A stretch of DNA of 64,000 bases. It comes from Acutalibacteraceae bacterium. GTDB lineage: Bacteria > Bacillota > Clostridia > Oscillospirales > Acutalibacteraceae. This document shows positions 34,401 through 44,304 of the stretch, in pieces. The position numbers and the translations under genes were made by a program. The notes under the pieces are model-generated. The model had not been told where the DNA came from, ran no database searches, and saw only the letters and a list, made by a program, of their open reading frames with translations. Location of the stretch: positions 1,577-65,576 of the forward strand of contig JAZNRU010000002.1 of the NCBI GenBank assembly GCA_045590895.1. The letters run 5' to 3'. Each line of letters begins with the position of its first letter. The first letter of the stretch is position 1.

Positions 34401-35258
34401 ACCGACCAATACATACTCGTGCAGATAGTTGATACCGGACATATTCCAGTGCGTTGCCATGACGGGCGTTTCACCGTTTGCCTTTGCATCTTCAATTTCA
34501 GCCATCAGCCATGCGTACAGTTCTTCGGTAAGTCCGCCGCTTGTTTCATGTTCATCCGTTCCGTCTTCCGTCACGTCCGCGGAATAATGACCTGCATCAA
34601 GCATGATCAGACGGTAACCGTCGTCCAGCTGAACGGAATAGGAAAGCATACCGGCGGTGGATGCAATGCTCTGTTTGTCACTTGCTTTTTTGTAATCAAT
34701 AAAAGTGTGATAGGCATCGGAGAAACCGAAATCGTAATAGATCTCAAGGAAATCCTGCGGTGTTGTCAGTTCAACGGGTGTGTTGTTGTAGGACGCGGCT
34801 TTGCTGTTGTTGATATCGTGGTTGCCGTTGATAACGAACACCTGAATACCCGTTTTGTTTTCAAACTCCTGCAATTTCTGTGCAAATTCTTCGTGCCCCT
34901 GTTTTTCGCCGTTGAGGGTAAGGTCACCTGTCAGAACAACGTACTTGAGACCTTGTTCAATGGCGGCAAATTCAAGAGAATCAAATGCACTGTCGATCAG
35001 ATAATCGATCGTTTCATAATTGACGTTGCTCGTCAGAAGTTTTTCAATGAATGCATCGTATTCAGCATCTTCTTCATGGGGGGCAAGTGCTTTCGGATAG
35101 TAATGCGTGTCCGAAACGGTTGCCAGCAGAAGTTCGCCCGATTGAATCTCATCCTGTGCGGCGGTGACGGCAACGGGAAGCCCTGCCAACAGCATGACAA
35201 CACACAGAATGACGGCGAGAATGCCGTTTATCTTCTTTTTTGCGGAAAAATTAATCAT
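31485..35258 (-). CDS. Giant secreted double metallophosphoesterase (calcineurin-like + purple-acid-phosphatase-like) with C-terminal dockerin
   Basis: Signal peptide. MPE domain 1: VSDTHYY, TGDLTLNG, NGNHD, SGHEH. A roughly 350-aa helical insert follows. Then a PAP-type N-domain (LTPDTTYYYRIGD) and MPE domain 2: HLSDTQ, HTGDFVDHG, AGNHE, SGHDHVY. C-terminal dockerin. Confidence 0.8.
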   Translation of the reverse strand: MINFSAKKKINGILAVILCVVMLLAGLPVAVTAAQDEIQSGELLLATVSDTHYYPKALAPHEEDAEYDAFIEKLLTSNVNYETIDYLIDSAFDSLEFAAIEQGLKYVVLTGDLTLNGEKQGHEEFAQKLQEFENKTGIQVFVINGNHDINNSKAASYNNTPVELTTPQDFLEIYYDFGFSDAYHTFIDYKKASDKQSIASTAGMLSYSVQLDDGYRLIMLDAGHYSADVTEDGTDEHETSGGLTEELYAWLMAEIEDAKANGETPVMATHWNMSGINYLHEYVLVGFVIDEHYKLQEQLADAGLHYVFSGHEHVSDIDITYSDAGEVMYSIITPTLTEFPAAYRLTSISYDKTAKSYTADFNTYEVNGLQTFELTADYTGPTPESIKVFRNQFANTDSTAYLMRMVRNLLIPYAEDIVEAGGIIPFIEGLMEIDLAAIFDELLNGGIMLGDFELFSEKNIMWFLEDLDAQIVELLIEDPVKTCNEVLEPAVEKLLSLQISEIPCTKFINTVGFGNPDQGGTLADMLMSVFYYMYEGNENISDDPFVTDVLANMQSGAIVKPLVEIIVDVVVRDIAMNTLLANIEVRPTELFVSSELNVVPEFDSFNSLYAFITVLVNSGCFDYLVEGEITFINVMRSLMDLTLALLGGDSDTSYLFLAETVLKFANLEYGSSVDEVINFLLNEYIYPEQMIDGVGDVLYKMIAGCVTDDDLDNNVTYVYSGPIEIAPTTDEMQLPSIISGTFGADSSTTYNLNWYTKYYVDGTDIELYQTDSEPTFNGKNNTPKGVQVKKFTTLETRSFNGVDVGVIGLMSVEREVYRHRIELSGLTPDTTYYYRIGDAARGYWSETGIIRTAGGNEDAFTFLHLSDTQSITEEQYGVWGDLLQDAVELYPDTAFIAHTGDFVDHGDGFLQWKWGLDSASDNLMNMAIMPTAGNHEAYGTYALDNYFHLSEDSIGIPQYTDTGVYYSYDYNNVHFVVLNTNDLNDSNELSENQVAWMREDIAESDADWIILQMHKSIYSCGSHVGDDDICALREQVIELATELDVDLILSGHDHVYMRTQPVSYYGVGNHTTETITVNGVEYEAYKDTDGTMFVSSGTSGVKKYNPADVSETSEYFPNSYYDFPLDDDENLENAMFSAITVDGTTLTFTAYTYDENGELYICDKTALTKTKFEYMSGDANVDGEFTPADARTALRLAVGLDWKTVSDLTLLAADFNGDGEIGVDDARRILRCSVGLSDLELVEIRKIFKGELDSRYE
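31551..31730 (-). other. Dockerin module (C-terminal)
   Basis: GDANVDGEFTPADARTALRLAVGLD ... DFNGDGEIGVDDARRILRCSVGL. Confidence 0.75.
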
Positions 35259-35304
35259 TTTTGTCCTCCTTCTTCGGATTCAATAGGGTTCGGATTAAAA
35301 TCCG

Positions 35305-37185
35305 TCACCCTACGGAATCATTACCGAAATTCAGGTCAATATTGATATTGTTATCATATATTTGTGTCGGGTTGTTGCTGCCTGTGACAACTTCGGAAGA
35401 AACAACACCGTAATACCATACGGTAATCAGAACGTCGTAATACTGTCCGTCTTTTGCATACATCCGGTTTTCACCGGGTACGACGGCGGTCGCACTGCCG
35501 GGTGTGGTGTATGCGACCGAGCCGCTTTTGGTCTTGTCGCCGTCGGAATAGGTTTTGTATTCCACGAAATAGGTAAGCCCGTAAGACTCAAGTGCCGCCT
35601 GTGCCTGCACGATGGGTTGTCCCGTTATGTCGGGCATCGGTAAGGCACTGACCGACAGGATCAGTTCACTGCCTACGGCAACCGCATCTCCGAACGTCAG
35701 GCTCTGACGGTCCACCTGTCCGTATGCACGGGAAGAACCTGTGACCATCACAAAACGAACGGAGAAGTTGTTCATGATGTCGGGGGTGTCTTCTATTTCC
35801 GCCATGGTCAGACCGAGACAGTTCGGTACGACGACCGTGGTTTCCTGTTGAGAGGGATTCTGAATCACGGGATCACCCTGAATGAAAGAAGCAAGGTATT
35901 TGCCCACAAAGCCCAGACCGACAAGCGTAACGGCGAGAATGATGACCAACAGTGCCGTAATGGCTTTGTCAAGATTTGTTTTTTGTTTTTTATCGTCGGT
36001 TTCTTGGCTTTGATCCTGCGGTGTATCCCCGTTTTCATCCTGTGTATCGTCGTCCGTGCCCCAGGCGATCGCTTCGTTGCCTGTTTCGTCTGCGGTATCG
36101 GTTTCAGGGTCAGACGTTTGAGCATCGGGCATTACGGTTTCTGCGGGGATATCGTCGGTCTGCAATTCTTCATCCGTCGGATAGTAAGCTTCGTTATCGG
36201 AAATCTGACGGCGGGGAATGTATTCGGTCGGTGCCGCAATGAGTTTGCGAAGCTCATCCATGTTCTGCACACGTTCCAAAGAGTAGATCTCCATGCCGTC
36301 GATGATCGCATTGATCGCATATTCGGGGAGAGATGCCACGACGTCGGACGGGATCGCCATGGTGTCTTCAATGGCACGGAAAGGTGCGGCAATGGGAATA
36401 TGCCCCGTCAGACAACGGTATAAAACGGCTGAAAATGCGTATACGTCCGTCCACGGGCCGATCGCTCTGCCGGGTGTGTACTGTTCGAGTGCACAGTAGC
36501 CGTCAAACAGTTCCGTGTCCAGTGCCGTCTTTGCAATACGCAGATCCGCAACCGCGAAATCGGACATTCGCAAACGGCCGTTTCTGTCCACGTGGATCGT
36601 TTCGGGAGACAGACCGCGATGCAGAATGCCGGCAGAATGTAAGGTTGCCAACGTGGAAAACAGGGGAATGAACATAATTCTTGCCTGTTCCCACGTAATT
36701 CTGGAATCGGGTTGTCTTTTGAGCATTTCACGAAGCGTGATGTCGTCGGAATTGGGTGTAACGGCATAAACGGTTCCGTTGGCATCAAATACGTCCGTGA
36801 TCATCACCAGACCGGGTAAGCCTTTGAGTTTCTGAATGCGTTTCCACAACGAGGAAAACTCACTGCGGTACGTATTGTATTGACTCTCGCAATCCGCCAT
36901 CGGTACAACGGAAAAATCTTCAACATTGCGAATTGCCAGGGTGGGCGGATAGAACTCGCGTACCAGACAAACGCAATCGAATTGATTGTCATAAGCGAGA
37001 TATACGTTTGATTCGCCGTTTCTCTGAATCGGCATACCGACGTAATATCTGTCTGCAAGAATGCTGTGCATCGGCAAACAAGCGGAATCCTGTTGCGGAT
37101 CGGTCTGGGATCCGCACCGTTTACAGGGGCCGGGCTCATGTTTTACGTGCATACAGCAGGCGCAACGGAGGATCAATTCATCCAT
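35305..37185 (-). CDS. Membrane Ser/Thr-kinase-like protein with degenerate catalytic motifs (pseudokinase), N-terminal Cys cluster and extracellular PASTA-like repeats
   Basis: The kinase fold is recognisable (..LHSAGILHRGLSPETIHVD..MSDFAVA..WTDVYAFSAVLY), but HRD is HRG, the catalytic-loop K/N are S/T, DFG is DFA, and VAIK is CLVR. TM helix ITALLVIILAVTLVGLGFV. PASTA-like VVVPNCLGLTMAEIED and MPDITGQPIVQAQAALESYGL. The ATG at 37185 lies 8 nt after GGAG. Confidence 0.7.
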   Translation of the reverse strand: MDELILRCACCMHVKHEPGPCKRCGSQTDPQQDSACLPMHSILADRYYVGMPIQRNGESNVYLAYDNQFDCVCLVREFYPPTLAIRNVEDFSVVPMADCESQYNTYRSEFSSLWKRIQKLKGLPGLVMITDVFDANGTVYAVTPNSDDITLREMLKRQPDSRITWEQARIMFIPLFSTLATLHSAGILHRGLSPETIHVDRNGRLRMSDFAVADLRIAKTALDTELFDGYCALEQYTPGRAIGPWTDVYAFSAVLYRCLTGHIPIAAPFRAIEDTMAIPSDVVASLPEYAINAIIDGMEIYSLERVQNMDELRKLIAAPTEYIPRRQISDNEAYYPTDEELQTDDIPAETVMPDAQTSDPETDTADETGNEAIAWGTDDDTQDENGDTPQDQSQETDDKKQKTNLDKAITALLVIILAVTLVGLGFVGKYLASFIQGDPVIQNPSQQETTVVVPNCLGLTMAEIEDTPDIMNNFSVRFVMVTGSSRAYGQVDRQSLTFGDAVAVGSELILSVSALPMPDITGQPIVQAQAALESYGLTYFVEYKTYSDGDKTKSGSVAYTTPGSATAVVPGENRMYAKDGQYYDVLITVWYYGVVSSEVVTGSNNPTQIYDNNINIDLNFGNDSVG

Positions 37186-37338
37186 TTGCTTCACTCCATA
37201 TATAAATAATAATTATTTTATAAATAATTAGAATCATTATAACACACTTGTTTTCCATTTACAACAGCAGATTTGAGCAAAATTGAAAAAACAGCAACAA
37301 ATATTTGGTGATCTTGCGAAAAAAATGAAAAACGCCTA

Positions 37339-37367
37339 TTGACAAATGAGAATGAATGCTGTATAGT
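37339..37367 (+). promoter_or_regulatory. Sigma-A promoter of the hrcA operon
   Basis: TTGACA (37339-37344), 17-nt spacer, TATAGT (37362-37367). Confidence 0.8.
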
Positions 37368-37377
37368 ATAGACATGG

Positions 37378-37404
37378 TTAGCACTCGCAAGCAAAGAGTG
37401 CTAA
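37378..37404 (+). promoter_or_regulatory. CIRCE operator (HrcA binding site)
   Basis: TTAGCACTC-GCAAGCAAA-GAGTGCTAA, a perfect match to TTAGCACTC-N9-GAGTGCTAA. It starts 11 nt downstream of the -10. Confidence 0.95.
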
Positions 37405-37429
37405 CAGAGTGAAAGAGGGAGGACGTACC

Positions 37430-38455
37430 GTGGAACTTTCCGAACGCAAAGGCCGAATCCTTGCAACCGTTGCGGAAACGTACATTGTAACAGGTGAACC
37501 GGTCGGTTCCAAGTTTCTGTGTGCAAGTGCGGGCTTCCGTGTGTCCTCGGCAACACTGCGAAATGAAATGGCGGAACTGTCGGAAATGGGTTTTCTCGAA
37601 CAGCCGCACACCAGTGCAGGACGCATCCCTTCCCAGAATGGCTTTCGGTACTATATAGACCGATTGATGGGACAGTATGAGCCTTCTTCGGTTGATATTT
37701 TCCGCATCCGCAGCCGTATGGACAGCAACGAAGGCGATCCGCAGAAACTGCTTGCCTGTGCCGCTTCGGTGCTTGCTGAAATGACGGGCTGTGCCGCTGT
37801 CGTGACCACTCCCTATGCCGCAGGCAGTTATATCCGCAGAACGGATCTCGTGCCCTTGGGCGGCCGCAACGTGATGATGGTCGTATCCGTATCAAACGGA
37901 ACGCTGAAAAGCCGCATCTGCCGATGCGACAATGAAGTATCTTATGAAATGATCGATCTGTTTTATAAGATTGCCGCTTCTGCGTTTGCCGACCGTGCAC
38001 CCGAGGAGATCACGCTTCCTCTCGTGCAGACGCTGACCGCATCTCTGGGCGATCACGCTTTTGAGATGGCACCGCTTTTGACTGCATTTGCCGATGCCGC
38101 ACATGAAGCGAGTGTAACGGACGTGCTGACCGCAGGGCTTTCCAATCTTCTCCGACACAGGGATTTTGAAGGACGCGGTGCTTCTTTACAGGAGTTTCTG
38201 CGAAACCGTAACAATGCCGTACGCCTGTTGCGACCGGGTACGGGCGGACAGGTCAGGGTGATCCTCGGCAGTGAAAACCGATGCAGGGAATTGCTCAACG
38301 CTTCCGTGGTTTGTGCAGGCTATTGTGCACACGGCAGAGAAGCGGGAATGCTCGGCATCGTCGGACCGATGCGTATGGATTACGCCGCCGTGGTTCCCTT
38401 GGTGCGATACATCGCAGGTCTTGTCGGAGCCATGCTGGATGAAAACGTTGAATAG
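37430..38455 (+). CDS. hrcA: Heat-inducible transcription repressor HrcA
   Basis: LSERKGRILATVAETYIVTGEPVGSK N-terminus, with the conserved operon context CIRCE-hrcA-grpE-dnaK-dnaJ. The GTG at 37430 lies 6 nt after GGGAGGA (the ORF track starts at GTG 37409). Confidence 0.9.
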   Translation: MELSERKGRILATVAETYIVTGEPVGSKFLCASAGFRVSSATLRNEMAELSEMGFLEQPHTSAGRIPSQNGFRYYIDRLMGQYEPSSVDIFRIRSRMDSNEGDPQKLLACAASVLAEMTGCAAVVTTPYAAGSYIRRTDLVPLGGRNVMMVVSVSNGTLKSRICRCDNEVSYEMIDLFYKIAASAFADRAPEEITLPLVQTLTASLGDHAFEMAPLLTAFADAAHEASVTDVLTAGLSNLLRHRDFEGRGASLQEFLRNRNNAVRLLRPGTGGQVRVILGSENRCRELLNASVVCAGYCAHGREAGMLGIVGPMRMDYAAVVPLVRYIAGLVGAMLDENVE

Positions 38456-38481
38456 TAATGTAATCTGATAATAAAGAAAAG

Positions 38482-39063
38482 GTGAAAAAGATGGCTAAAA
38501 AGAAAAAATCCGAAGCACCCGTTGCGGATGAGCCGATGCAGACTGAAGAAGTCGTAAGCGAACCGACGCAGGAGTCCGAATCCGCACAGGCGGATGCCGC
38601 CGCACAGGAAGCCGCCAAAGCACAGGCAGAGATCAAGGCTTTGCAGGAAGAACTCGACAAAACGAAAGATCAGATGATGCGTATTGCCGCTGAATACGAT
38701 AACTTCCGTCGCCGCACGCAGAAAGAAAAAGAAGCTCTGTATACCGATTCAAGAAGCGACGTGCTGACGAAACTGCTTCCCGTGATCGATAACTTTGAAA
38801 GAGCGGGCAGTGCGAAGTGCGATTTTGAAGGCTATAAAAAGGGCATTGAAATGACGTTGACGCAGTTGCTTGAAACCATGCAGGTGCTCGGTTGCGAAAG
38901 TTTCGGTGCCGCGGGTGATGAATTCGATCCCAATATCCACAATGCCGTCATGCATATTGATGATGAAAATCTCGGTGAAAACGTGATCGCGCAGGTCTTT
39001 ATAAAGGGTTATAAGATCGGTGACCGGGTGATCCGTCCCGCATCCGTACAGGTTGCAAACTGA
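38482..39063 (+). CDS. grpE: Nucleotide exchange factor GrpE
   Basis: Acidic N-terminus, coiled coil and RIAAEYDNFRRRTQKE signature. Position between hrcA and dnaK. Confidence 0.9.
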   Translation: MKKMAKKKKSEAPVADEPMQTEEVVSEPTQESESAQADAAAQEAAKAQAEIKALQEELDKTKDQMMRIAAEYDNFRRRTQKEKEALYTDSRSDVLTKLLPVIDNFERAGSAKCDFEGYKKGIEMTLTQLLETMQVLGCESFGAAGDEFDPNIHNAVMHIDDENLGENVIAQVFIKGYKIGDRVIRPASVQVAN

Positions 39064-39109
39064 TAAATAAAAACCATTCATTGAATTTATTATAGGAGGC
39101 TATTTTATT

Positions 39110-40987
39110 ATGGCAAAAATCATTGGTATTGACCTTGGTACTACAAACTCTTGTGTCGCTGTTATTGAAGGCGGCGAACCCACCGTTATCGTAAACGCTG
39201 AAGGTGCAAGAACCACTCCGTCCGTTGTTTCGTTCGGCAAGAACGGCGAAAGAATGGTCGGTCAGGTTGCAAAACGTCAGTCTATCACAAATCCCGACCG
39301 TACGATCGCTTCCATCAAGAGACAGATGGGCACCGATTTCAAAGTCCGTATCGACGATAAGGCTTATACGCCGCAGGAAATATCCGCAATGATCCTCTCC
39401 AAACTCAAAGCCGATGCCGAAAGTTATCTCGGTGACACCGTAACGGAAGCCGTTATCACCGTTCCCGCATACTTCACCGATGCACAGCGCCAGGCAACCA
39501 AGGATGCAGGCCGCATTGCAGGTCTTGAAGTCAAGAGAATCATCAACGAACCCACCGCAGCCGCACTGGCATACGGCATTGACAAGGAAAACGATCAGAA
39601 TATCATGGTTTACGACCTTGGCGGCGGTACGTTTGACGTTTCCATTATTGAAATGGGTGACGGCGTGCAGGAAGTTCTTGCAACCGCAGGTAACAACCGT
39701 CTCGGCGGTGACGACTTTGACCAGAGAATCATCACCTGGCTTGTCGGCAACTTCCACCGTGAGACCGGTATCGATCTTCGCGGCGACAAGACCACCATGC
39801 AGAGACTGAAAGAAGCTGCTGAAAAGGCTAAGATCGAACTTTCCAGCGTTACCGCTTCCGTCATTTCCCTTCCTTTCATTGCTACGGTTGACGGCGAAGC
39901 AAAGCATCTTGAAATGACCCTCACCAGAGCCAAATTCAACGAACTGACCGCTGATCTTGTCGAAGCCACCATGGGTCCCGTCAGACAGGCCATTGCTGAC
40001 TCCGGTCTGAAGATCAGCGAGATCGATAAAGTCCTCATGGTCGGCGGTTCTTCCAGAATTCCCGCCGTTCAGGAAGCCATCAAGGCTTTCACAGGTAAAG
40101 AACCCTTCAAGGGCATCAATCCCGATGAATGCGTAGCACTCGGTGCCGCACTGCAGGGCGGCGTTCTCGGCGGCGACGTCAAGGGTCTGCTTCTCATTGA
40201 CGTTACTCCGCTGTCTCTCGGTATTGAAACCCTCGGCGGCGTCTGCACCAAGATCATTGAACGCAATACCAGCATCCCCACCAAAAAGAGCCAGATCTTC
40301 TCCACGGCTGCCGACAATCAGCCTTCCGTAGAAGTACACGTTCTGCAGGGTGAAAGAGAATTTGCAAGAGATAACAAGACACTCGGCCGCTTTATGCTTG
40401 ACGGCATTATGCCCGCACGCAGAGGTGTTCCGCAGATCGAAGTTACTTTTGATATTGATACCAACGGTATCGTTCACGTTTCCGCAAAAGACCTCGGTAC
40501 AGGCAAAGAACAGCAGATCTCCATCACTGCTTCCACCAATATGAGCAAGGAAGACATTGACAGAGCCGTTCGTGAAGCCGAACAGTTTGCCGAAGAAGAC
40601 ACACGCCGCAAGGAAGAACTCGACATCCGCAACGGTGCAGACCAGATGGTTTATGAATGCGAAAAACTGCTTGCCGACAACGGCGACAAACTCAGCGACG
40701 ATGACAAAGCACAGGTCAACGCTTGCATCGATGCTCTCAAGGAAGCACTCAAGGGTGAAGACATCAATCTCATCAAGTCCCGTCAGGAAGAACTGACAGC
40801 CGCTTTCCAGAAGATCGCAGAAAAGATCTACAATGCCGCAAATCCGAACGGCGGTGCACAGGGCTTTGATCCCAACGGTGCAGGCTTCGATCCCAACGGC
40901 GGCGGTTTTGATCCCAACGGCGGTTTCGGCGGTGCCGGTGACGGTTACTACGATGCTCCGTTTGAAGACGTCGACGGCAACAACTAA
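39110..40987 (+). CDS. dnaK: Molecular chaperone DnaK (Hsp70)
   Basis: [38 protein letters not shown] and EEDTRRKEE. 625 aa. Confidence 0.97.
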   Translation: MAKIIGIDLGTTNSCVAVIEGGEPTVIVNAEGARTTPSVVSFGKNGERMVGQVAKRQSITNPDRTIASIKRQMGTDFKVRIDDKAYTPQEISAMILSKLKADAESYLGDTVTEAVITVPAYFTDAQRQATKDAGRIAGLEVKRIINEPTAAALAYGIDKENDQNIMVYDLGGGTFDVSIIEMGDGVQEVLATAGNNRLGGDDFDQRIITWLVGNFHRETGIDLRGDKTTMQRLKEAAEKAKIELSSVTASVISLPFIATVDGEAKHLEMTLTRAKFNELTADLVEATMGPVRQAIADSGLKISEIDKVLMVGGSSRIPAVQEAIKAFTGKEPFKGINPDECVALGAALQGGVLGGDVKGLLLIDVTPLSLGIETLGGVCTKIIERNTSIPTKKSQIFSTAADNQPSVEVHVLQGEREFARDNKTLGRFMLDGIMPARRGVPQIEVTFDIDTNGIVHVSAKDLGTGKEQQISITASTNMSKEDIDRAVREAEQFAEEDTRRKEELDIRNGADQMVYECEKLLADNGDKLSDDDKAQVNACIDALKEALKGEDINLIKSRQEELTAAFQKIAEKIYNAANPNGGAQGFDPNGAGFDPNGGGFDPNGGFGGAGDGYYDAPFEDVDGNN

Positions 40988-41034
40988 ATAATATATAACG
41001 GGGGGCATCTCTGATGCCCCTTTCAAGGTGAGAT

Positions 41035-42195
41035 ATGGCAGAAAAACGAGATTTCTATGAAGTCCTCGGTTTGCAGAAAGGTGCATCGGAGGACGAAATA
41101 AAGAAAGCCTACCGTCGGATGGCAAAACAGTATCATCCCGATCTGCATCCCGGTGATGCACAGGCTGAAGCAAAGTTCAAAGAATGCAACGAAGCCTACG
41201 AGGTTTTGTCCGATCCCGACAAAAAATCACGCTATGACCGTTTCGGTCATGCCGGTGTGGATCCGAACTACGGAGCCGGCGGCGGTGGCGGCTTCGGCGG
41301 TGGCTTCGGCGGCGGTTTCGGCGGTGGCATGGATTTTGACCTCGGAGATATTTTCTCAAGTTTCTTCGGCGGCGGTTTCGGCGGTGGCCAGAGAAGCAAT
41401 CCCAATGCACCCCAACGCGGCAGTGACGTACAGGCAACGCTGACCATTTCATTTGAAGAAGCGGCAAAAGGCTGTCGCAAAACGGTGGAAGTACAGCGTG
41501 TTGAAGTGTGCGACAGTTGCAGCGGTTCGGGTGCCGCACCGGGCACGACGGCACAGACCTGCAGTGAGTGTAACGGACGCGGTCAGATCAACGTAACGCA
41601 ACGTACGATGCTTGGCAATATGACCACGGTGAAAAACTGTCCGCGATGCGGCGGCAAGGGTGTGTTCATTGCTACGCCCTGTACCAGATGTAAGGGTGCG
41701 GGTCGCTATCGCAGAAATGCAAAAGTGGAAGTGGAAGTGCCCGCAGGTATTTCCGATAAACAGGCACTGAACATACGCGGAGAAGGCAATAAGGGTGTCA
41801 ACGGCGGCCCCGCAGGCGATCTGCGTGTCGGTATTTATATCAAACCGCACGACGTCTTTGAACGCGACGGCTATAATGTCTGGCTGACCGTAACCGTGTC
41901 CTTCGCACAGGCGGCATTGGGTGCCGAACTGACCGTTCCCACACTGGACGGCAACGTGAAGTACTCTATCCCCGCAGGTACGCAACCCGGAGATGTGTTC
42001 AAATTGAAGGATCGCGGTATTCCGAATCTGAACGGTCGCGGCAGAGGTGACCAGTTGGTTCGTATTATGGTGGCAGTGCCGCGAAAACTCAACGAAAAGC
42101 AGAAAGAACTTCTGCGTGCGTATGCCGAAGCCTGCGGCGAAACCCCGTCAACAGGCGAATCCAAAGGCGGATTTTTCGGTAAAAAGAAAAAGTAA
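41035..42195 (+). CDS. dnaJ: Co-chaperone DnaJ
   Basis: J domain with HPD (KQYHPDLHPGD), G/F-rich region and four CxxCxGxG zinc motifs. Confidence 0.95.
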   Translation: MAEKRDFYEVLGLQKGASEDEIKKAYRRMAKQYHPDLHPGDAQAEAKFKECNEAYEVLSDPDKKSRYDRFGHAGVDPNYGAGGGGGFGGGFGGGFGGGMDFDLGDIFSSFFGGGFGGGQRSNPNAPQRGSDVQATLTISFEEAAKGCRKTVEVQRVEVCDSCSGSGAAPGTTAQTCSECNGRGQINVTQRTMLGNMTTVKNCPRCGGKGVFIATPCTRCKGAGRYRRNAKVEVEVPAGISDKQALNIRGEGNKGVNGGPAGDLRVGIYIKPHDVFERDGYNVWLTVTVSFAQAALGAELTVPTLDGNVKYSIPAGTQPGDVFKLKDRGIPNLNGRGRGDQLVRIMVAVPRKLNEKQKELLRAYAEACGETPSTGESKGGFFGKKKK

Positions 42196-42214
42196 TAACA
42201 AAACAAAAAAACAA

Positions 42215-42257
42215 CACCTCAGAATCGGAATTCCCGTTTTCTGAGGTGTATTTCTTT
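42215..42257. terminator. Bidirectional terminator between dnaJ and clpX
   Basis: CACCTCAGAA (42215-42224) pairs with TTCTGAGGTG (42239-42248), flanked by an A-run and a T-rich run. Confidence 0.8.
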
Positions 42258-42274
42258 GGGTGTGGGGCTTGTGA

Positions 42275-43597
42275 TTATGCCGTTTCCGTGGGAAGGGAAC
42301 CGCTGATCGGTGCGTTGAGACGTGCCGCATCGTAGTCAATACGCGGACGGGTGCCCGGCTCTGTTACGCATTCTTTGGTAATGGTTACGCGGACAATGGA
42401 TTTGTCGGACGGCGTTTCATACATTACGGGCAGTAAAACCTGTTCCATGATGGCACGCAGTCCTCTCGCACCTGTTTTCTTTTCGAGTGCCGATTCGGCA
42501 ACGGCAATGAGGGCTTCTTCTTCAAACTGAAGTTCCACGCCGTCAATGGCAAACAAGGCACTGTACTGTTTGAGCAGGGCATTCTTCGGTTCACGGATGA
42601 TGCGGACGAGGGCTTCGCGGTTGAGATTTTCAAGGCTTGTCAGCACCGGCATACGGCCGACCAGTTCAGGGATCAGACCGAAACGGATGAGATCCTGCGG
42701 AATGGCTTTGGACATGATGAAGTCCTGATCGAATTCAGCCTTCGTTTTGATATCGGCACCGAAACCGAGCACTTTGTTGCCGAGTCTTTTTTCAATGATC
42801 TTTTCAATTCCGTCAAACGCACCGCCGCAGATGAACAGAATGTTGGTGGTGTCGATCTGAATGAATTCCTGTTGCGGATGCTTTCTGCCGCCCTGGGGAG
42901 GAACGTTTGCAACCGTACCTTCAAGAATTTTCAGCAGAGCCTGCTGTACGCCTTCACCGCTGACGTCACGGGTGATGGACGTGTTTTCGGATTTTCTTGC
43001 GATCTTGTCGATCTCGTCAACGTAAATGATGCCGCGTTCTGCACGTTCCACGTCAAAATCGGCGGCCTGGATCAGACGAAGAAGAATATTTTCAACGTCT
43101 TCACCGACGTAACCTGCTTCCGTGAGCGTGGTGGCATCCGCAATGGCAAAGGGAACGTCCAGTGTTTTTGCGAGTGTCTGTGCAAGGAACGTTTTACCGA
43201 CACCCGTCGGACCGAGCAAAAGAACGTTGCTCTTCTGAATGTCCACGTCATCCGCTTTTGTCTTGCGGAAAATGCGTTTATAGTGGTTGTAAACGGCAAC
43301 GGACAGTGCGATCTTTGCCGTGTCCTGCCCGATCACGTATTCGTCCAGTTTCGCTTTGAGTTCCTGCGGTTTGGGCAACAGGCGAGGGCCCGAAGATGAT
43401 GAACGTTTCGGTTTTGCTCCGGGATTCAGGTCGCCGTCCTCAATGATCGAACGGCAGTTTTCCACACACTCGTCGCAGATATAGGCACCGGGCCCCTGAA
43501 TGAGCATGGAAACCTGATCCTGTGTTCTTCCGCAAAAGGAACAGCGGAAGGTTTTATCTTTGTCTTCAAATTTAGCCAAAGTGTTTTCCTCCGTCAA
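42275..43597 (-). CDS. clpX: ATP-dependent Clp protease ATP-binding subunit ClpX
   Basis: N-terminal zinc finger CSFCG..CDEC, Walker A GPTGVGKT and the IGF-type loop region. 440 aa. Confidence 0.95.
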   Translation of the reverse strand: MTEENTLAKFEDKDKTFRCSFCGRTQDQVSMLIQGPGAYICDECVENCRSIIEDGDLNPGAKPKRSSSSGPRLLPKPQELKAKLDEYVIGQDTAKIALSVAVYNHYKRIFRKTKADDVDIQKSNVLLLGPTGVGKTFLAQTLAKTLDVPFAIADATTLTEAGYVGEDVENILLRLIQAADFDVERAERGIIYVDEIDKIARKSENTSITRDVSGEGVQQALLKILEGTVANVPPQGGRKHPQQEFIQIDTTNILFICGGAFDGIEKIIEKRLGNKVLGFGADIKTKAEFDQDFIMSKAIPQDLIRFGLIPELVGRMPVLTSLENLNREALVRIIREPKNALLKQYSALFAIDGVELQFEEEALIAVAESALEKKTGARGLRAIMEQVLLPVMYETPSDKSIVRVTITKECVTEPGTRPRIDYDAARLNAPISGSLPTETA

Positions 43598-43653
43598 AAT
43601 GACAGGGAGTACGAGTTAAAAACCGACTCCCTGTTTTTTGGATTTTTCGTTGC

Positions 43654-44253
43654 TTATCTCTTGTAAAGGACTTTGTCAACCAGGCCGTACGCACAGGCTT
43701 CTTCTGCGGTCAGCCAATTGTCACGTTCGGTATCTGCAGTGATGACCTCAAGCGGCTTGCCCGTGTTTTCGGCAAGGATGCGATTGAGTTTCTGCTTGGT
43801 ACGCAGGATGTGCTGTGCGGCAATTTCGATTTCGGTTGCCTGACCCTGTACGCCGCCCAGAGGCTGGTGGATCATCACTTCTGCGTTGGGCAGACAGTAA
43901 CGCTTGCCTTTCGTGCCGGATGAGAGCAGGAATGCCCCCATGCTGGCGGCAAGACCCATGCAAATGGTGGAAACATCGCACTTGATATACTGCATGGTAT
44001 CATAAATTGCCATACCTGCGGTCACGGAACCGCCGGGGCTGTTGATGTAGAAGGAAATATCCTTTTCCGCATCCTGACCTTCCAGAAACAGCATCTGTGC
44101 TACGACAAGGCTTGCGGTCACGTCGTTGACTTCATCGGAAAGAACGATGATGCGGTCGTTGAGCAGGCGGGAGAAAATGTCGTATGCACGTTCGCCGCGG
44201 TTGGTCTGTTCGATAACGGTCGGAACAAGAGCATCGTAAATGGGTAAAGACAT
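43654..44253 (-). CDS. clpP: ATP-dependent Clp protease proteolytic subunit ClpP
   Basis: [22 protein letters not shown], catalytic GLAASMG Ser and MIHQPLGG His. The ATG at 44253 follows AAGGAGGC. Confidence 0.95.
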   Translation of the reverse strand: MSLPIYDALVPTVIEQTNRGERAYDIFSRLLNDRIIVLSDEVNDVTASLVVAQMLFLEGQDAEKDISFYINSPGGSVTAGMAIYDTMQYIKCDVSTICMGLAASMGAFLLSSGTKGKRYCLPNAEVMIHQPLGGVQGQATEIEIAAQHILRTKQKLNRILAENTGKPLEVITADTERDNWLTAEEACAYGLVDKVLYKR

Positions 44254-44304
44254 GAAGTTTGCCTCCTTGTGATATATGCGTAATATTGGCAAAAACAGGC
44301 AGCT

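Noticed and set aside
37259-38000. Minus-strand ORFs (116-199 aa) across the hrcA promoter/CIRCE region
   Set aside because: They overlap the promoter, CIRCE and the hrcA coding sequence, and have no RBS or motifs.
38999-41173. 724-aa ORF on the minus strand, longer than many real genes
   Set aside because: It lies entirely antisense to dnaK/grpE, whose identity is certain. It has no RBS and an odd composition. Long stop-free antisense frames opposite hsp70 genes are a known codon-bias artefact.
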